In this document: one piece after another, positions 38,629-52,681 of the stretch
Layout: each line of letters begins with the position of its first letter
Numbering within the stretch: the stretch's first letter is position 1
Assembly: GCA_003427395.1 (NCBI GenBank)
Contig: BFEA01000020.1
Span: forward strand, 2,175,941 to 2,239,452
Length of the DNA: 63,512 bases
Reading direction: 5' to 3'
DNA from: Chara braunii
Taxonomy: Eukaryota > Plantae > Charophyceae
Translations under genes and position numbers: made by a program
Notes under the pieces: generated by a model
The model's database searches: none
Told to the model about the DNA's origin: nothing
What the model saw: the letters and a program-made list of their open reading frames with translations, nothing else

Positions 38629-39536
38629 TGCGTGACAGCAAATAGGAGGGGCTAAGGGTTTGCCATTCTACTCAGCCTTGAACACGGCTCAAATGAAGGT
38701 TGCGAACTGGGCTCCGCCAATTCAAAACCAATCCGAAAGGATATCCTGCCGAGGAAAGCAACATTGGTGACGGTCATCCTTAGCTGCATTGTCCATTTTC
38801 TGGCCATCACCTCTGTCAAACCTTGTCATTGCTATAACACAGGTTTGTACCAACACTTATGCGGTAGTGATACAACAGTTGATATTCCTCCACTCAATCT
38901 ATATTGGTTTCCCTCCCAACTTTTCCCATCATTTTGTTTTCCCGATGGCTGGCCTGTGGCCCACACCTTTCTTATTGCCACGTGCCTGTATTTCAGATGT
39001 GACAACTTTCTTCAGGTGTACTTGAGATAATGATTATGATTGTGCGTTGCATGAGTGGTCGCAGCCTTGCTTCATGACTACCACCGAAGTACATTCCCTC
39101 CCCCGCTACCACCCCCCCAGAAAAACAAAAAAAAGGTGATCAGCACAGTCTCAAGGACCCCACCAATGTTAGTGGTGCTGATATGAGCAGACACCACTAG
39201 CACCTGGGGACAGGCTCCATCTATTGGTGGGGAGTATCACCTGCCGGAAAGCGGGTCCAGCGTCCCTTATACAGACTGAATTTGGGATACATCAGAAAAG
39301 ATTGAGGAGTGTTCCTGCCAGCATTGATTACCCTGGGATCCAGGGGATTGACTGAGCAGGATACTGGAGGGAAGGGAGAACCTCTTCACCCTGAATCCGG
39401 CGCCAGATACACAGCTACACGCTAGTTCCTCCCTCCCCCTGAGCCATACTGAAATCATACTATCATCGCCCTTTTCTCAATTACAGACTGATTATTGAAG
39501 TAGAACAGAAAGGAGCACACTTGTGGTCTGCCAGTA

Positions 39537-42500
39537 TCAGTCTGCACCAGACCGCCTGATCACTCGTAATTCCTTAGCGGCTACTTCCTGTTCCTCTGGA
39601 TACCATTCCTCTATGTACCCGTCCTCTCCATATCTGCCCTGTATCGCCCGTTCAGTCTGCTCCATACCATTGCATATCCACCATCGCCATCTGGTGGGGC
39701 GGGAAGGGGTCGGGAAATTCTGTGGCAGGTCACAGTGGGATCTCCTGGCCCATGGTAGTCCAGTCTCTGAAACAGATACGGTAGTTTCTCTTGAATTCCT
39801 CCTGGTTGCCTTCCTGGGTGGGCTTGCCCTCCCATCTAATAGATGCGATCCAACCCCCATTCTCACTGCCCAACCAGTCTCCAGAAAATTGGTGAATTGC
39901 TTGTGTTACTTCCTTAATTTTTTGCCAGTGAACCATGAGTTCTTGTTGAATGTATTGCCTTATCATGTTTGTTGCCTCTTCCCCAGTTATGCGGACCCCC
40001 TCCATAGCATGTATACTCCAGAGAGTCCACATGACCGCTCTCCTTCCTAACTTGAACATGTTGTTTTCAAAGGTATTGTCAGTGGGGGAGGACCATGCCT
40101 CGCATAATATGGCCCTCCAATCCCATGGCCAATGAGATTCAGTGCCCAACTGGGTCCAGATCCTATCCCACCATCGCCATGTAAGAACTGCCCCTGGGCA
40201 CTGCATGAATATGTGCTCTATGGTTTCAAGGATTCTGCGGGGGGGAAAGGTAGTGTGGCATGACTTGCACCACGGTAATGCCCGCCCCTTCTGCTCCAGG
40301 TATGTGCAATCTATCAACCAGTCATTGGTGGGCAGACAACGGTGTTCTATCTGCCATTGAGGAGAGGCCCATCTTCGTAGGCCTAGACCTTGTGGTGGTG
40401 AACCATCGGATCGGGCGGATTGCATCAGTCCCTACATTCAAGTGTGACCTCCATCGGGCCTTCACTATATCTCTTATGTTCACCTTTGGTCAAAGCAGAC
40501 GATATGTGGCCTTCACTGATAGAGTGTGCAGTTTTAGATTCGTCCCTGATCCGGGTTTTCGCATGGGGACCCACTGCCATTCGTCAGGGTCAAAAGGTAG
40601 CTTCATCACGGGGTTGTTTGGCTGATATGCGATCCAAACATCTTTATCCCCCAGCACATGTATCCTATGCAGGTCTGCTGTTCTCCACCATCTGATCACA
40701 TCTGGGCAGTACCGGGTGAGTTTATTTTCCTTATCTAAGTGGAAGAGGTTTACCAACGTTTCGTCTGTTCTTACCTCCACCACATTGCCTACACTTTCCG
40801 GATCCCCCGGGGCAGCTACCCAGTCCCCTTCTATTAGCCATGCCCCTTTGCGCAAGATGCGCACCCAGTCAAGGGGGACTGCAGAGGTCAACAAATCAAC
40901 GTTCTCCTCAATCTTGTGACAATGCTTTAGTATGGTTCTCAGTTGTGGCCCCGTTTCCTAGTCACCCACTTCTATGTCCCATATGTCCTTTATTCGGATT
41001 ATGCCTTTTTTGTCCCAACTATTCCACGGGGTGTCCGAGCTGCGATACACCCTGCTGTACCAGTCAATTATCCTCCTATTCCCAAAAAAAAGGCTGCCGC
41101 ATCACCTCCTCCCACCTGGTTGGTGGGGGTTGATCAGGCAACGGGAGTTGGCGTCAGGCCCTGATGACTCAGGTCCAGAAATCATCTCTGACCAGGTCCG
41201 AACGGGTTGTGTCTCGGGGTGAGTCTCGCTCTATAAGGGGGCACCGTGGCACAACCCAAAAGCGGTCTTCCAGCCAGGTCAATGGGCTAACTCCTTGCGG
41301 TGCCTGTGGGGCACGTCTGGCTATCTGTTCCAGCGCTAGGGCTTGCCATGGGAGGTGCTCGATAAAAAGCGATCTCCTAACCCATTGGACAGTTAATGTT
41401 GTGATCTGGGTATCCCGGTCCAGGATCCCCAAACCCCCTTTGTCCTTGGGTTTGATCATCGATGGCCAGACTACCTTGCTAATAACGTTTGAGAGCTCAC
41501 CATTACCTCTCCACAGTAGGGCCGCTAATTGCCATTTTAGCGATCAGAAGGCCTCCTTGCTGAGGGTCCAAATTGCAGATTTATACCACAGGGCCGCTAG
41601 TACTACACTATTGATCGTGAGCACTCTGCCGATAAGGGTGTGTCGGTCTTTCCAATTGGCTAATTTTTCTAGAGCAGGCTTAAGGATCCACTCATCATTC
41701 GATGCGGGCTTACCCAATGCCGTCAACCTCATTCCCAACACTCTAACCGGGCCCGTATCTGGGAGCCATTTGACCCGTGGCAGCTTCGGCGGGCGCGCCC
41801 CTTGATGGTGGATCCACCACCCCGAGGTCTTGTTTCCCCAGTTGACAGTCATGTCTGAGACTGTTGTAAATCGGTCCAATAATCTCCTAATCTCTTCCAT
41901 TTTTGCTTCCGTGGCATCTATCATAAGAGTCAAGTCGTCCGCAAACATCGAGCAAATAGGGATCGCGTCTTCCGGGATAGTAGAGACCGCAGTCTCCTCA
42001 GGTCTTTATTGGCGTCGAGGTTGGAAGGGTGCCAAGGGATCCCCTTGGCGAACCGATCGCTGCAGCGGAAAAACCGGCGCTATCCTGCCATTGACTCGGA
42101 CACACGTAGTGACGTTATGATGTAGTATTTCGGTCCAGCGCCAAAAAATTGGTCCGATGTTCATTTTTTCCATACATTTGTCTAAGAAAAGCCAGTCCAC
42201 GTGGTCATACGTTGTTTCAAATTCAATGAAGACTACAACCGCATTCTTCGTATCTTGCCTTGTTAATTTGAGAAGTTCATTAACTAGGAGAATATTATCC
42301 GAATCCTGCGTCCTTTTGACGAAACCAGGTCTACGTTGGGTGAATAATATCGTCCAGGACCGGGATCAGTCGGTTTGCCAAGGCTTTTGCAAGCATTTTA
42401 TAGACAACTGTGAGCAATGTTATCGGTCGGTAGTTCCTGATATCCATTTTGTCCCCCTTTTTATGCAATAGGGTGAGGATACCTTGCCCCACCAACTCCC

Positions 42501-44942
42501 CCATCCACCCTGTGTCCCACACATGGCAATAGAAATCCATGAGGTCCGGGGCCATTTGGGTCCAGAAGGTCTCCCAGAATTCCTTGGGAGATCCATCGAT
42601 GTCCGGGGTCTTCTCTTCATCCATCTACATCATCGTCGTCTAGATTTCCTCCTAGGACAGGGGACGATCCAGATTTGTCTATTGCTAGCCCGTCAGGGTC
42701 TTTTCCAGTGGTTTCAAGAAATCTTCTATTTCCTTTTCCCTAACGTTCCTCTCCCGCTGGGCACATCTTGAAGTGAACAGATCCTTGAAGAAGGACCTAG
42801 CTATCTGCAAGCAGTGGGGGGAGGAGGTGACAATGTCTTGGTGTTCGGCCTGTGGATCGTATATCGCTTCTATGGTTGTTCCGTGCGCACGTGCTCGAGC
42901 CATACTAAAGATTTTTTTGTCCATTGTTCCTTCCATTAGTAGCTTTGTCAGTCTTCCTCTTATTTGTGTTCCCTCCCAACGTTGTGTGGCAAAGGTCTGG
43001 AGTCGTTGTTGTAGCCTTTGAACCTCTAAACAATCTCTCGGCTGTGTGTGCGGTGTGTGTTGGACATTATGCGAGCTGTTTGGTTGATCTTGCTGCTCCA
43101 GTTGCTGCAGCTGTTGGTGAACTTCCATCTCCTGTTGATGTTTTCTAGCAGCAAAGAGTTTGGAATATTCTTGACATTTTTTACTCAGATAGAACAGTCC
43201 GTTGTTAAACCAGTCTATGTCCTGATGAATTTGCTGCCATTGTGTGCCCTAGAATGCCCAACAGTCCTTAATGTAATTCTGGAAGGTATTCTGTTTTAAG
43301 ATAGAGGTATTGAGTTTGTCAAAGGCAAGTCCTAGATCGGGTTTCTATCGGAACAACAAAATGACCGGACACATTTTATGATCAAGGCCCGGGTAAGGAT
43401 TGGCAGGTAAGATTGCTGCTAGGAGCATCGATCCTGCCATATCTTCCGAGATCAGAATTAAGTCTATCCGAGATCTCCACTGACCCTCAGTACCAATCTT
43501 CCGTAGGCACGAATAAAACCTAGTATCCGGGTTTAGCCTCCGGAAGGAATCAAAAACTTTTAGCGACAGACATAGCTAGTGGATTATCTGCTCATCCTCT
43601 TCCACATACGCCGGGGCAGGGGACGGCGTCTGCCATCTGTCCATCCAGTGATCCGGGGCTGTGTTGCAGTCCCCTGCTATGATAATCGGAACCCCATCCA
43701 GGATTTGCGTCTTGAGGTTCTAAAAAAAGGTTCTCCTCTCGCTTACAGTGTTGGTGGCGTAGACACACAATATAACATAAATTTCAATTTCCAGCGTGAC
43801 CAGGATGGACACCCATCGACCCCCCTCCTGATCCACCACCCAATGCACTGGGTCCGCCCTGGACTCGGGGGGAATCCAGATGGCTACCCATGCACTACCC
43901 GGTTTTGGGGCATGGGCTCTGAAGGCCTTGTATGGCGAGATCATTTTGTGGGTACAGTTATGTTCCGGAGTGTCCATCAAGTGTGTTTCCTGAACACACA
44001 CTATATCTGGCCAGTTCCTACCTCCCACCCCTCTCATTAAGTCCCAGATTGCATTTTGTTTTTCAGGCCAAGCCATTCACATTTAGGGACCTCAGGTCCG
44101 GATCTGCTGCTTGCCTGCATTGGTTCCAGATACGGTCCTTCCCATACACCACTCTGACCGGGTCCATCTTGCTCGAATTGTTCATATGTTCTTCATATTA
44201 CATAGCATGTAGTTGCCTCCTAACGGCGAACCCACGACAGCAGATCGCAGTCCTAGTCCGCCGTTCCTGCCAAGGGGCCCAACCTGAGGAGGGCGCATAA
44301 ACATTTTCGAACGTCTTGTTCAGTCCAGGTGTCACATAGCCCAATTTTGGTTGTCTGCAGGTTCAGTAGTTGGGCATGAGTGTGCCATCTTAGGCCTGCC
44401 TCCTTGGTGGGGTCATAACGTATGAAAACATCTCGCTGTGCTATTTTGCTGGGGCCTGTTGTGATCGAGGCTATTGCCTGTGCCCCTGGTGATAAACTTT
44501 TTGTAATGTGGCCTTCTAAATGTATCTGCAGAATGTCGGCCGCTGCCTCAGATGTGTTGTTTTGTGGCTCCGCCCAAAATGATGACCAGCCCTGTAGCGT
44601 GACCCTCCTCTGCCTGCCATTCTCTACCGGAGACAGTCCCACCTCCCATTTTTCGTTTTTCTTTCGAACAGGGATGAGCAGTATAGCCTCCTGCGATAAG
44701 GAGTCGGAGTCACAGCCCGACTCAATCAAGTGTCTAAGTTTTCTTTTCCGTACCAGGTCCAATGGTGCGTTCTCATCCAGGTTCGGAGGGTCCGGGCCCG
44801 GCAGCGGGGTAGATTGCTGCAGAACTGGGGGGTCCACAGACCTCTGGGCCTGTTCAGTGTCTGTCGTGTCCGTCGAGTCTGTCGTGTCCTGCTCAGCTTC
44901 ATTTGTTGGTGTTGCGTGTGGTGGTTGAAACCGAGCAAACAC
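39537..44942 (-). mobile_element. L1/Tx1-clade LINE, heavily decayed (ORF1 remnant, APE, RT, zf-RVT)
   Basis: IVCVQETHL and LCVYA (APE); KKGDKMDIRNYRPITLL, VRQGDPLAP and MFADD (RT); GGLGILD; CKSC..ETIEHIFMQC (zinc finger). Confidence 0.92.
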
Positions 44943-46329
44943 TATTGTAGTCAGTCTGCGCCATGCTTGATGCTAAATATTAAATAATAACTTAATGCAA
45001 GGCATCTACAAAGGACCTGATGGAGGCGGAAGTCGAGAGTAAGTTGGAGGAAACAAAGGTGCTGGTACAAGCAAGACCAGATGAGCACCATTTGCTTTTC
45101 CCAGCCATTTTTCTCTGAGGCGGCCATGCACACGCCATGACTTTCCTGGCACGGCCTACCAGAGCTAAATGGCTGCCAAAGCCAACCAAACAAGGAAACG
45201 TGCTGGTCCGTTTTTTTTGTGCGGAGGGGGGAATGTCCTTCGGCCAAAGGAAGCCTGTTTAGTACTCGTGGTTTGAAGCTCGATTTTGGCAAACTGGCTG
45301 ATAAGGGGCAAGATAACATCTATTGAGGGCTGCTGCACTGGAAAAACTGGCACGATGCAGGAAGCAGGCAAAGACAACCTGTGCATTTGCATAACAATGA
45401 TGAGCCTACTTGGGCTTGAGTAGAGCGAATAGATTCTGGTCTACTCCAATTTCTTGGGCTTATAGAGTATCCGACAGTCGACTAACCCTATTTTTTGTTT
45501 TTGCTTTTTTTGGAAGCGTCGTCTCGGGCTCGCCCACTGCAGACAGGGATAAGAGCCAATGTCTGCTGTAGGGCGCATGGTTTGACAACCCCTTTCTTAT
45601 TTCGTCGGGACCAACATGTGCTGGGAACTGGCACAGCATCCGACAGTCGACTAACCTGGGAGGGAATGGAAGGAAAGTTAGGAAACTCCAAACTGACAGT
45701 CAATCCTCCCGCAGCAATTAATGATGTTCAGATAGATACGTTGGCCTCAAACGGATGGGAGTGTGGAGTGTGTCGAACTATGTAATCTTTCAGACTTGCC
45801 CAGGAAAAGGGACCGGACTGACGCTTCCCAGAATGGATATGGAGCCACCGACCACAAGGACCTGTTTAAGGGGCGAAAAAAAAGAAGAAAAAACCTAGTA
45901 GGAAAAAGCCGAGCAGTTCCTGAAAAAGAAAGCGAACTTTTGGACAACTTGGTTGGTCAACAGGGACATCGCATCGATGGAAGGGAGTTGAGCTAAAATG
46001 TAATCCAAGGCGCAACTCTAATCAAGCTGCTATATCCTGAGAGGAGGAACAAGAAACTTGTTCACAAACCAAAGGAAGAGCAAGATTCAAGGACGACATT
46101 CCAGGCAGTTCATCCTTCTCTTTTTATAAAAATACGAGCGATCACGGGCTTGAATCTTATAGGTAGCTGTTACCTATAAGAATGGAGCCATGGCGCTTAA
46201 GGTCGTCTTGGGGAAAGAAAATAAATAAATTGCGAGAGAACCTAGAGAAGTTTAAACAACAATCGGTAGGTACTAGGTAGATGTTATTCGTTAGACATGA
46301 CCAGGTAAAATTGGTAACATAACGTATTG

Positions 46330-48239
46330 TTTTTTTTTATATTATTATTATTAGTTTTAAACAGAACCTCCTGGTTCTGGCTCCTGCCATTCTGGGGAGC
46401 AACAGTCCGGTTCCTATTCCCCCGAAATTGGGATATATAAGCGACTCACGCACGCTCCTCCCCATTACGGCTGGGAGGCCCGAGTGGACGGCATTGATTA
46501 CTTCCCTGAGGTAGGATGTACCACCCCTCACCCCTGCCTAGGTTAGCCTGTGCTACATATATTGCTTGGCTGTTTTCAAAAATTTTGGCCCCTGTCCTGC
46601 TCTTCTCAGCTGTGGAGCTGTCAAGTTGATGTGTTGTTGTAAGAGTGGTCTGGAGCGCCTGTGATGTTTAGGAGGTTTCTAAGACTCTAAACCCCTACTT
46701 ATTCCGTTTCTGCCTAGACTTTAAAACCTAAACCCTCAGTTGAGTTGTTGTTTTACTAGCTGTCAGCTATGTCCCTTGACGTCAGAGCTGCTGATAGGGC
46801 CCTTTGGTGTAGACTTATGCTGGACCCGGATCCCTGTTTGACTTATCAAAAGAGGGCTCCATGCCCTCGCTGGTTTGAATGCGGGATTGCAGATCTTGAC
46901 TTCTGCTGGTTCTGTTACCTTGCTGTTTAAAAGACTCTCCTTCTTGGCTGTCGGTCGTTCTTCTGTAGATAAAAGAACTGCGTTGCACTTGTACTGATTT
47001 GTAATGTTTCCCCTCCATTAAAAGGTCCGGTTGTTGCCGATAGGCTGCTCTCTATGTGACGGATCATGTGGTTATTGGGTTTAAGCTCCAGGTTATGTGA
47101 GATTTCTGGGAGGAGGAAGGCGCATTGAGGTCGGGAGCTTGGAGTGATCATCTTGGTGGGGGGTGGTGTGGTGGGTAATAGGTGTTAGGATTTAGTGTGA
47201 TGCGGATGACGTAGGTGAGTTGGGTTTGTGGTGTGGGAGAGAGACCTGAAGGATGGGAGAGTGTTTGGATTGGTGAGGTTGAGTTCGGAAGATGTTTGAT
47301 GAGGGACGGTGGTTGGGGGGGGTGTAATGATAGGATGTTAGGCTGGGTTGAAAGAAGGGTTCATAGAGTGGTATCTGCTCCATTAGGTGCGATGGGAGAT
47401 GGGGTGTTTGCTCGTGCGAAGTGCGTCAGAGTGATAGGGTTATGGATATTTGATGCGGGCATAACTAACCAGTTATTTAAGCACAGTCTTTCTCTTTCTA
47501 TTGTTCCTAGTTTCCCATTGCCTAGATACACGGAATTGAATTTGTTAATGACCTCTTGTTTCTTGTTTGGGGCATTATGTAGGGATTGGAGTTTCATGTA
47601 TGTTCTGTTCCATAGTGCTTGGATTTCGGTGTCCACCATTTGCTTAATGGCTATGAGGGGGTTTTCAGGGGTGTTACTAGGATCCTCGAAGGTTGCTTTG
47701 CATTTCCTTTTCCAGATAGCCCAAAGGGTCGATTTCTTGATGAGTGAGAAGAAGAAAAGCTTGAATCCTTTGAGGGGTGGGTCTTGACCTACTTCTAGGA
47801 ACCTGGTGTCTGGGTTGATCGCGATGGTTTTATTAGAGTGTTTGTTCCAAGTTAGTTCCATATCGTGCCAAAGTTGCTTTGTCTTTTGGCAATCTAAGAA
47901 GCAATGGTTGAGAGATTCTTCGAGTTGGGCGTTGCACACCCTGCACCAGGATGTTTGCTCGGTATCATTGTCTTTCTTTCTTCTTCGCGCTAGCCAGAGG
48001 TTGATGGGTACTGCTCGAAATGTTATGAGCCATAGCAGGCTGGCTAATTTGGGTGGTTTGGTGCAGAAGATAGAGGCCCATGATGGGTTAATGTTGACTG
48101 TTGTGATAGTATTTTCTTCCTTTTCCCAACGCTTTTGTATGATCGTGTGCATGGGAGGGGGTTTGTTGTGGAGCTTGTAGCCCAATTTGGGTGTGTAGTC
48201 GGTGAGTGCATAGCGGCGCTCTCTTGTGGAATGCAGGTT
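46330..48239 (-). mobile_element. Second L1/Tx1 LINE, 3' part (zf-RVT, 3' UTR, putative (AAT)n/poly-A tail)
   Basis: ORF 47361-48239 contains CRVC..EESLNHCFLDC..LW and WAIWKRKC. A T/(ATT)n run lies at 46330-46353. Confidence 0.8.
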
Positions 48240-49352
48240 TGTGACGCCCAACCTCACGCCCGGCGCGACTTCCTGATCAGAGTGGGATGGGGGCCTGGAA
48301 GTGCGAAGAGGGGTGTGCCAAGGATTTTTGGGAAAGTGGGGGTTGAAGTCCCAGGTCGGAACTGGGATCTTTTGTGGCCGAGTTCAAGGGTCGTGGGCGC
48401 AATACTGCCGAAGGGCAGGGCAAGCGCGCAATTACCGCCTATCTCACCATTTCGGGTTTGATGGGGGTCACCGTGGTGCGGGGGACTGCCGCGCGTCCTG
48501 CCTGGGGACTCAAAAAGGGGTCGATCGTTGCTCACGCCGCGGGTTATGGGCGCGCTGGTCAAACCGAGGAGCCCGCGGGTGGCGCCTGAGTAAACACTCT
48601 CTGCATGGTTCAGGCCAATACGCGGCTATGACCCGCCATGGCACCACTGTGAGCTGGTGATATGGGAGGAGAACACGGAAGGGAGGGTAATTAGTGGCGA
48701 CAACCACGAATCCGGGAGAGGTGTAATATTGTGTGTAATTCAGTTCGGGATAGTCTGCTCCGCGCGGATCGTTGGTTATCGCGTGATGGAATTCCCGCTC
48801 GCATACTTGGTTTCTCCTATAATTCGGGAATTCCGGATACGCTCCTCGCGTGCGATAGTACTCTCGGCGGGATTCCTGGATCCAGGGCTTAAAGTATTCC
48901 CTGTCCCAAGATGAGCTAGAGCCTGAGGACCATGTCATCGTTGCGTGCGGTTTTCAGACATGGGTTCTCAGATATGCTCGACGTAATTTTTGGGTCGGGA
49001 CGATGACGTCAATTATAAACTCAAATCAGACAATCTGCACATACATCCAGCATCATGATAGCGGGCAACTAATTCCGTCTACACATCACGATGCAGTCAA
49101 AACTTCACGAGGTTGTGAGCAACTAATCCCATACATTAGTGAGGAGCAAGAGAACACGATGCGCATTCCATCCATTCATCCACGTCGACAAAAAGGCAAT
49201 CAAAAGAGAAGGAAATGCAGGATGCGCCAATTCAGGCGAAAACCAAAACAGAGATATCGAATTGAAGGATAGGGGGCGGTCGCCCAATCAAAATTTATGT
49301 ACACAGAAGAGAGGGGAGGAGACAAGAAACTGCAAAACCATGTCCACACAAC

Positions 49353-49408
<56 letters not shown>

Positions 49409-50436
49409 GCGGACAGTCCGTCGTCACGCACCAACCCGCGAAGCTGTCACCCCGCTTAACCCTCCTACACCCGTCGGGTTCGCCCGTGCCCACAGTCCGT
49501 TGTGGCCCACGTCAACCCCACGCATTCGGCGTCAGCTCGTCGGATCACCCAACTCCGCCTCTGCTCACCTCTTACTTCGCTCGTGTGCCGATCTTACACC
49601 GCACAACCCCGAGCTTCCAGTTTGCTAAGAGAGAAGATTAATCGCGCAGCCGGAATTTATAGCGTGCATGCGTGCGCTAGGAACACGGAATTACAAGGAC
49701 TTAGTGAGATGAAGGGAAGGGAGTGCCTACGTTTGCAAGGTCAGGCCGCGGCGTGGTGGACATACCCAACTCCACGCATCGATCCGGTCATGCAAACGCG
49801 GCTACCCATATAGGGAGGGAAGAGAGGAAGAAACGAGGCGGGAAGAATAAGGAGCAAGAAACAGAAAGATACAGTTGCAGAGGCGTGCGCCCAAAATTAC
49901 AGTTGCAAAAAGGATTAAGGCGCCAGTTAATCAAGGTCCCAGCGCATCAGCAAGAAAAAGCGCGCAAACATGCAAAACAGCGCTCCAGAAAAAAAACAGA
50001 AATTCCAGAATTCCTAAATTCCTAGCTATCCTGCCGATATTACGAAAAGGTCCGAAAAGAAAATTAAAATCCTGAAGGCCGTATGGCTCCGACCAAGCTT
50101 CGAAAAGAAAATTCAAAAAAAGGAAATTCAAAAAGACGCCGAAATTCCCGCGCGATGTCTGCGCGCCCAAAAGTCCGACAAAACAAAAATCAAAACAAAG
50201 AAAATAAGCGACGTCAATGTTTATTAATCGCGCACTTGGCGCGCACTCCGCATCCATCCGACCAAGTTTCACTTCTTTTTCCCCATGCATTCCCGAATCC
50301 CCCACCCGTCATCGAGGACTCGTGCGCGGACGAAGAAACGACGAAGAAAACAAGGACACACAGGCAATTTTCCATCGACCCGTCCAATCGTCGTGGGACC
50401 CCACTGGGCGCTTCGCGCAGAAAGTAGTTCGTCACA
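48240..50436 (-). repeat. 3' LTR (2197 bp)
   Basis: Direct repeat of 58827-61029, plus an 11-bp terminal segment at 48240-48250. Confidence 0.95.
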
Positions 50437-51267
50437 TATGTGACGCCCAGGGGGTTCCAGAAATAAGCAAGCTCCTGCTTGCTGGCTGACGTGTCGATCA
50501 CCTTTGATTGATTGGCCGTGGGCGGTGCATCTTCTTCTCTACCGCATACCGTGTTACCGAATGTGGGAGTCATGTCGCGCGGCGGTCGTTTCCCTATTAT
50601 CGTCACTCGTGGGGAAGAGGAAAAGGAAGACGGTAGGCAGGCGGAGGTGTTGATGGGGGATGAGTCGGGATAGGAGGGAAGAAGCGTTCCAGTTCATNNN
50701 NNNNNNNNNNNNNNNNNNNNNNNNNNNNNNNNNNNNNNNNNNNNNNNNNNNNNNNNNNNNNNNNNNNNNNNNNNNNNNNNNNNNNNNNNNNNNNNNNNNN
50801 NNNNNNNGCGGGGGAATCGATTGCCAGTAGTGGGGAGAGAAGCGAGGTAGTCGGGATAGAGAGTGGTGAAGGTTCTAAGAAGCGCCGCGCGAAAGCGATC
50901 GCGGTCGGCGCATGCGGGGATTAACCCTGTGATGAGGCAATAAACTTCTACGGCGTTGATGCGACGCCATCATACGCTGAAAAGAAGTACATGGAGAGGG
51001 AACTCAAGGGAAGCACACCGGGCGGATGGGTGGGGATGGATGGTGACAGAGAGACGGATGGAGAAGTAATGACGGAAAGTGTCGCGGGGGAAGGGGTTGT
51101 GGGGGAAGACGGCGGAACGGGCGAGCTGGCGCAGGGTGAGGAAGTCAAGGGGGCGGAGAGAGAGAGCCCGAGGACGAAGACCGATCGGCCTCATCTCGAC
51201 GTGCGCGAAGTGCGGGACGGACCGCGAGGGAGGAGGAGGCGGAGGGGGAGCGGCTTCGTCGACGGCG

Positions 51268-52208
51268 TCACTGTGGGGAAGGAGGCCGGCTAGCGGACGG
51301 CCCAGCCATCTGGGCCACATCGGCGTCGTCTGGCTGAGGTGGCTCGGGGTCGAGCGTTGGATCGTCGCTGATCGGAAGATCAGCGACCGGCGCAATCTCC
51401 AGCTGGGGCTCTCCGACGGCTTGCTCCTCCAAGTGCCGGTTCGGAATGGCCACGGCGACTGCCCGTCGAACTTTCGGGGCTAGCTCCCGCTCCTCGTCGC
51501 TGTCTTCGTCGCTCCCTTGCTCGCTGTCTTCTTCTTCTTCGTTCTCACCCTGCTCTGGTGGCTCCCCTTCGTCTTCGTTCGGGTCCTCTTCCTCCTCCTC
51601 CGAACTTTCCTCCGCGAGCTCCTCACGGATTATCTCCTCCAATTCGTCTTCGTTCGGCGGTTTGTAGAAAGCGGGATCCAAGATGTCGCGTGGATCTAAA
51701 TAGTCCAACTGCGAAGGCGGAATTCTCGATGGGAAGCCCTCCACGCAAGCTGACCACTGAAGATACGACAACAACGTGCGCGAGGTGACGTGGGGCACCA
51801 AGCGCGGGTCGTCCTGGGAGACAATGCTGACGTCGAGATCGTCTGCCAGCTGGGCAATCGGGACCGTAAGCTCCTTGGTGAGAAGCCTGCGACGGCCTGG
51901 ACGTACTGACCCGAATAGGAAACCGAGAAGGTCACCCTCCACTTCCGTCTGCTAGGCCTGAATCAAGAGGAGCTCCAATCGCTCAGACCGCGGATAGTTT
52001 CTCTCATCCCTCGTCCATGTCACCCGTACTTCACCAAACACAGCGAAAGCTCGACGAAGTCTCTGCGCCACGCGTCCCACTGAGGTGGATCGAGGAGGGG
52101 GACAACCAGAGGATTTATGCAGAAGGAGAGGTGGGGATGAAGATCAGACCGCCAAAAGGTGGGGAAAGAAGAAGGAAGCTCGAAAGTAGAGATCGGGAAG
52201 GAGCTCAT
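51268..52208 (-). pseudogene. Accessory ORF3b (~310 aa, acidic C-terminus; one frameshift and one TAG)
   Basis: ATGA overlap with the ORF3a stop at 52208-52205; ..RLELLLIQA*QTEVEGDLLGFLFG..; E/D-rich tail. Confidence 0.55.
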
Positions 52209-52681
52209 TGGGGATGGAAGGGGATGAGGGTGGGTAATCGCGTCGGTGGGTCACGCCGATCCAGCCGAAGGCCGTCGTATCCGATCGCTCGGATTGGCAT
52301 GATCAGGTCTCCTTGGTGCACCAGGAGCTGGGTCCACTCGTTCTGAAGATTCTGCACCCACAGAAGCAACGCCACCTTGATGCTCACGTGTCGGTGGAGA
52401 GGGATTGCCGTGAGATCCCCACTGAAATTGACCACCACCGTTATCCGGCCAACGCCCGCAGATGCCCGCTGTCGCAGCCCGACGGCTTCAGCCAATATGA
52501 TCGCGTCAGCCCTCCCGTCGACGTGGATCTCTGCTGCCGCGTAGACGCCCCTTGAGCAGAAGAATTGCGCGAGCCGTTGAAGATCTGGACTAAGACGGGG
52601 ATGATGCACTTGTCGTAATGTCAAACTCCCACGTGGTACTAGCGCTCCTTGGCTGAGAGCTCTCTCTTCCATAAAGCTCAT
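52205..52681 (-). CDS. Accessory ORF3a (158 aa, function unknown)
   Basis: Its ATG overlaps the integrase stop codon (ATGA at 52681-52678). Confidence 0.5.
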   Translation of the reverse strand: MSFMEERALSQGALVPRGSLTLRQVHHPRLSPDLQRLAQFFCSRGVYAAAEIHVDGRADAIILAEAVGLRQRASAGVGRITVVVNFSGDLTAIPLHRHVSIKVALLLWVQNLQNEWTQLLVHQGDLIMPIRAIGYDGLRLDRRDPPTRLPTLIPFHPQ

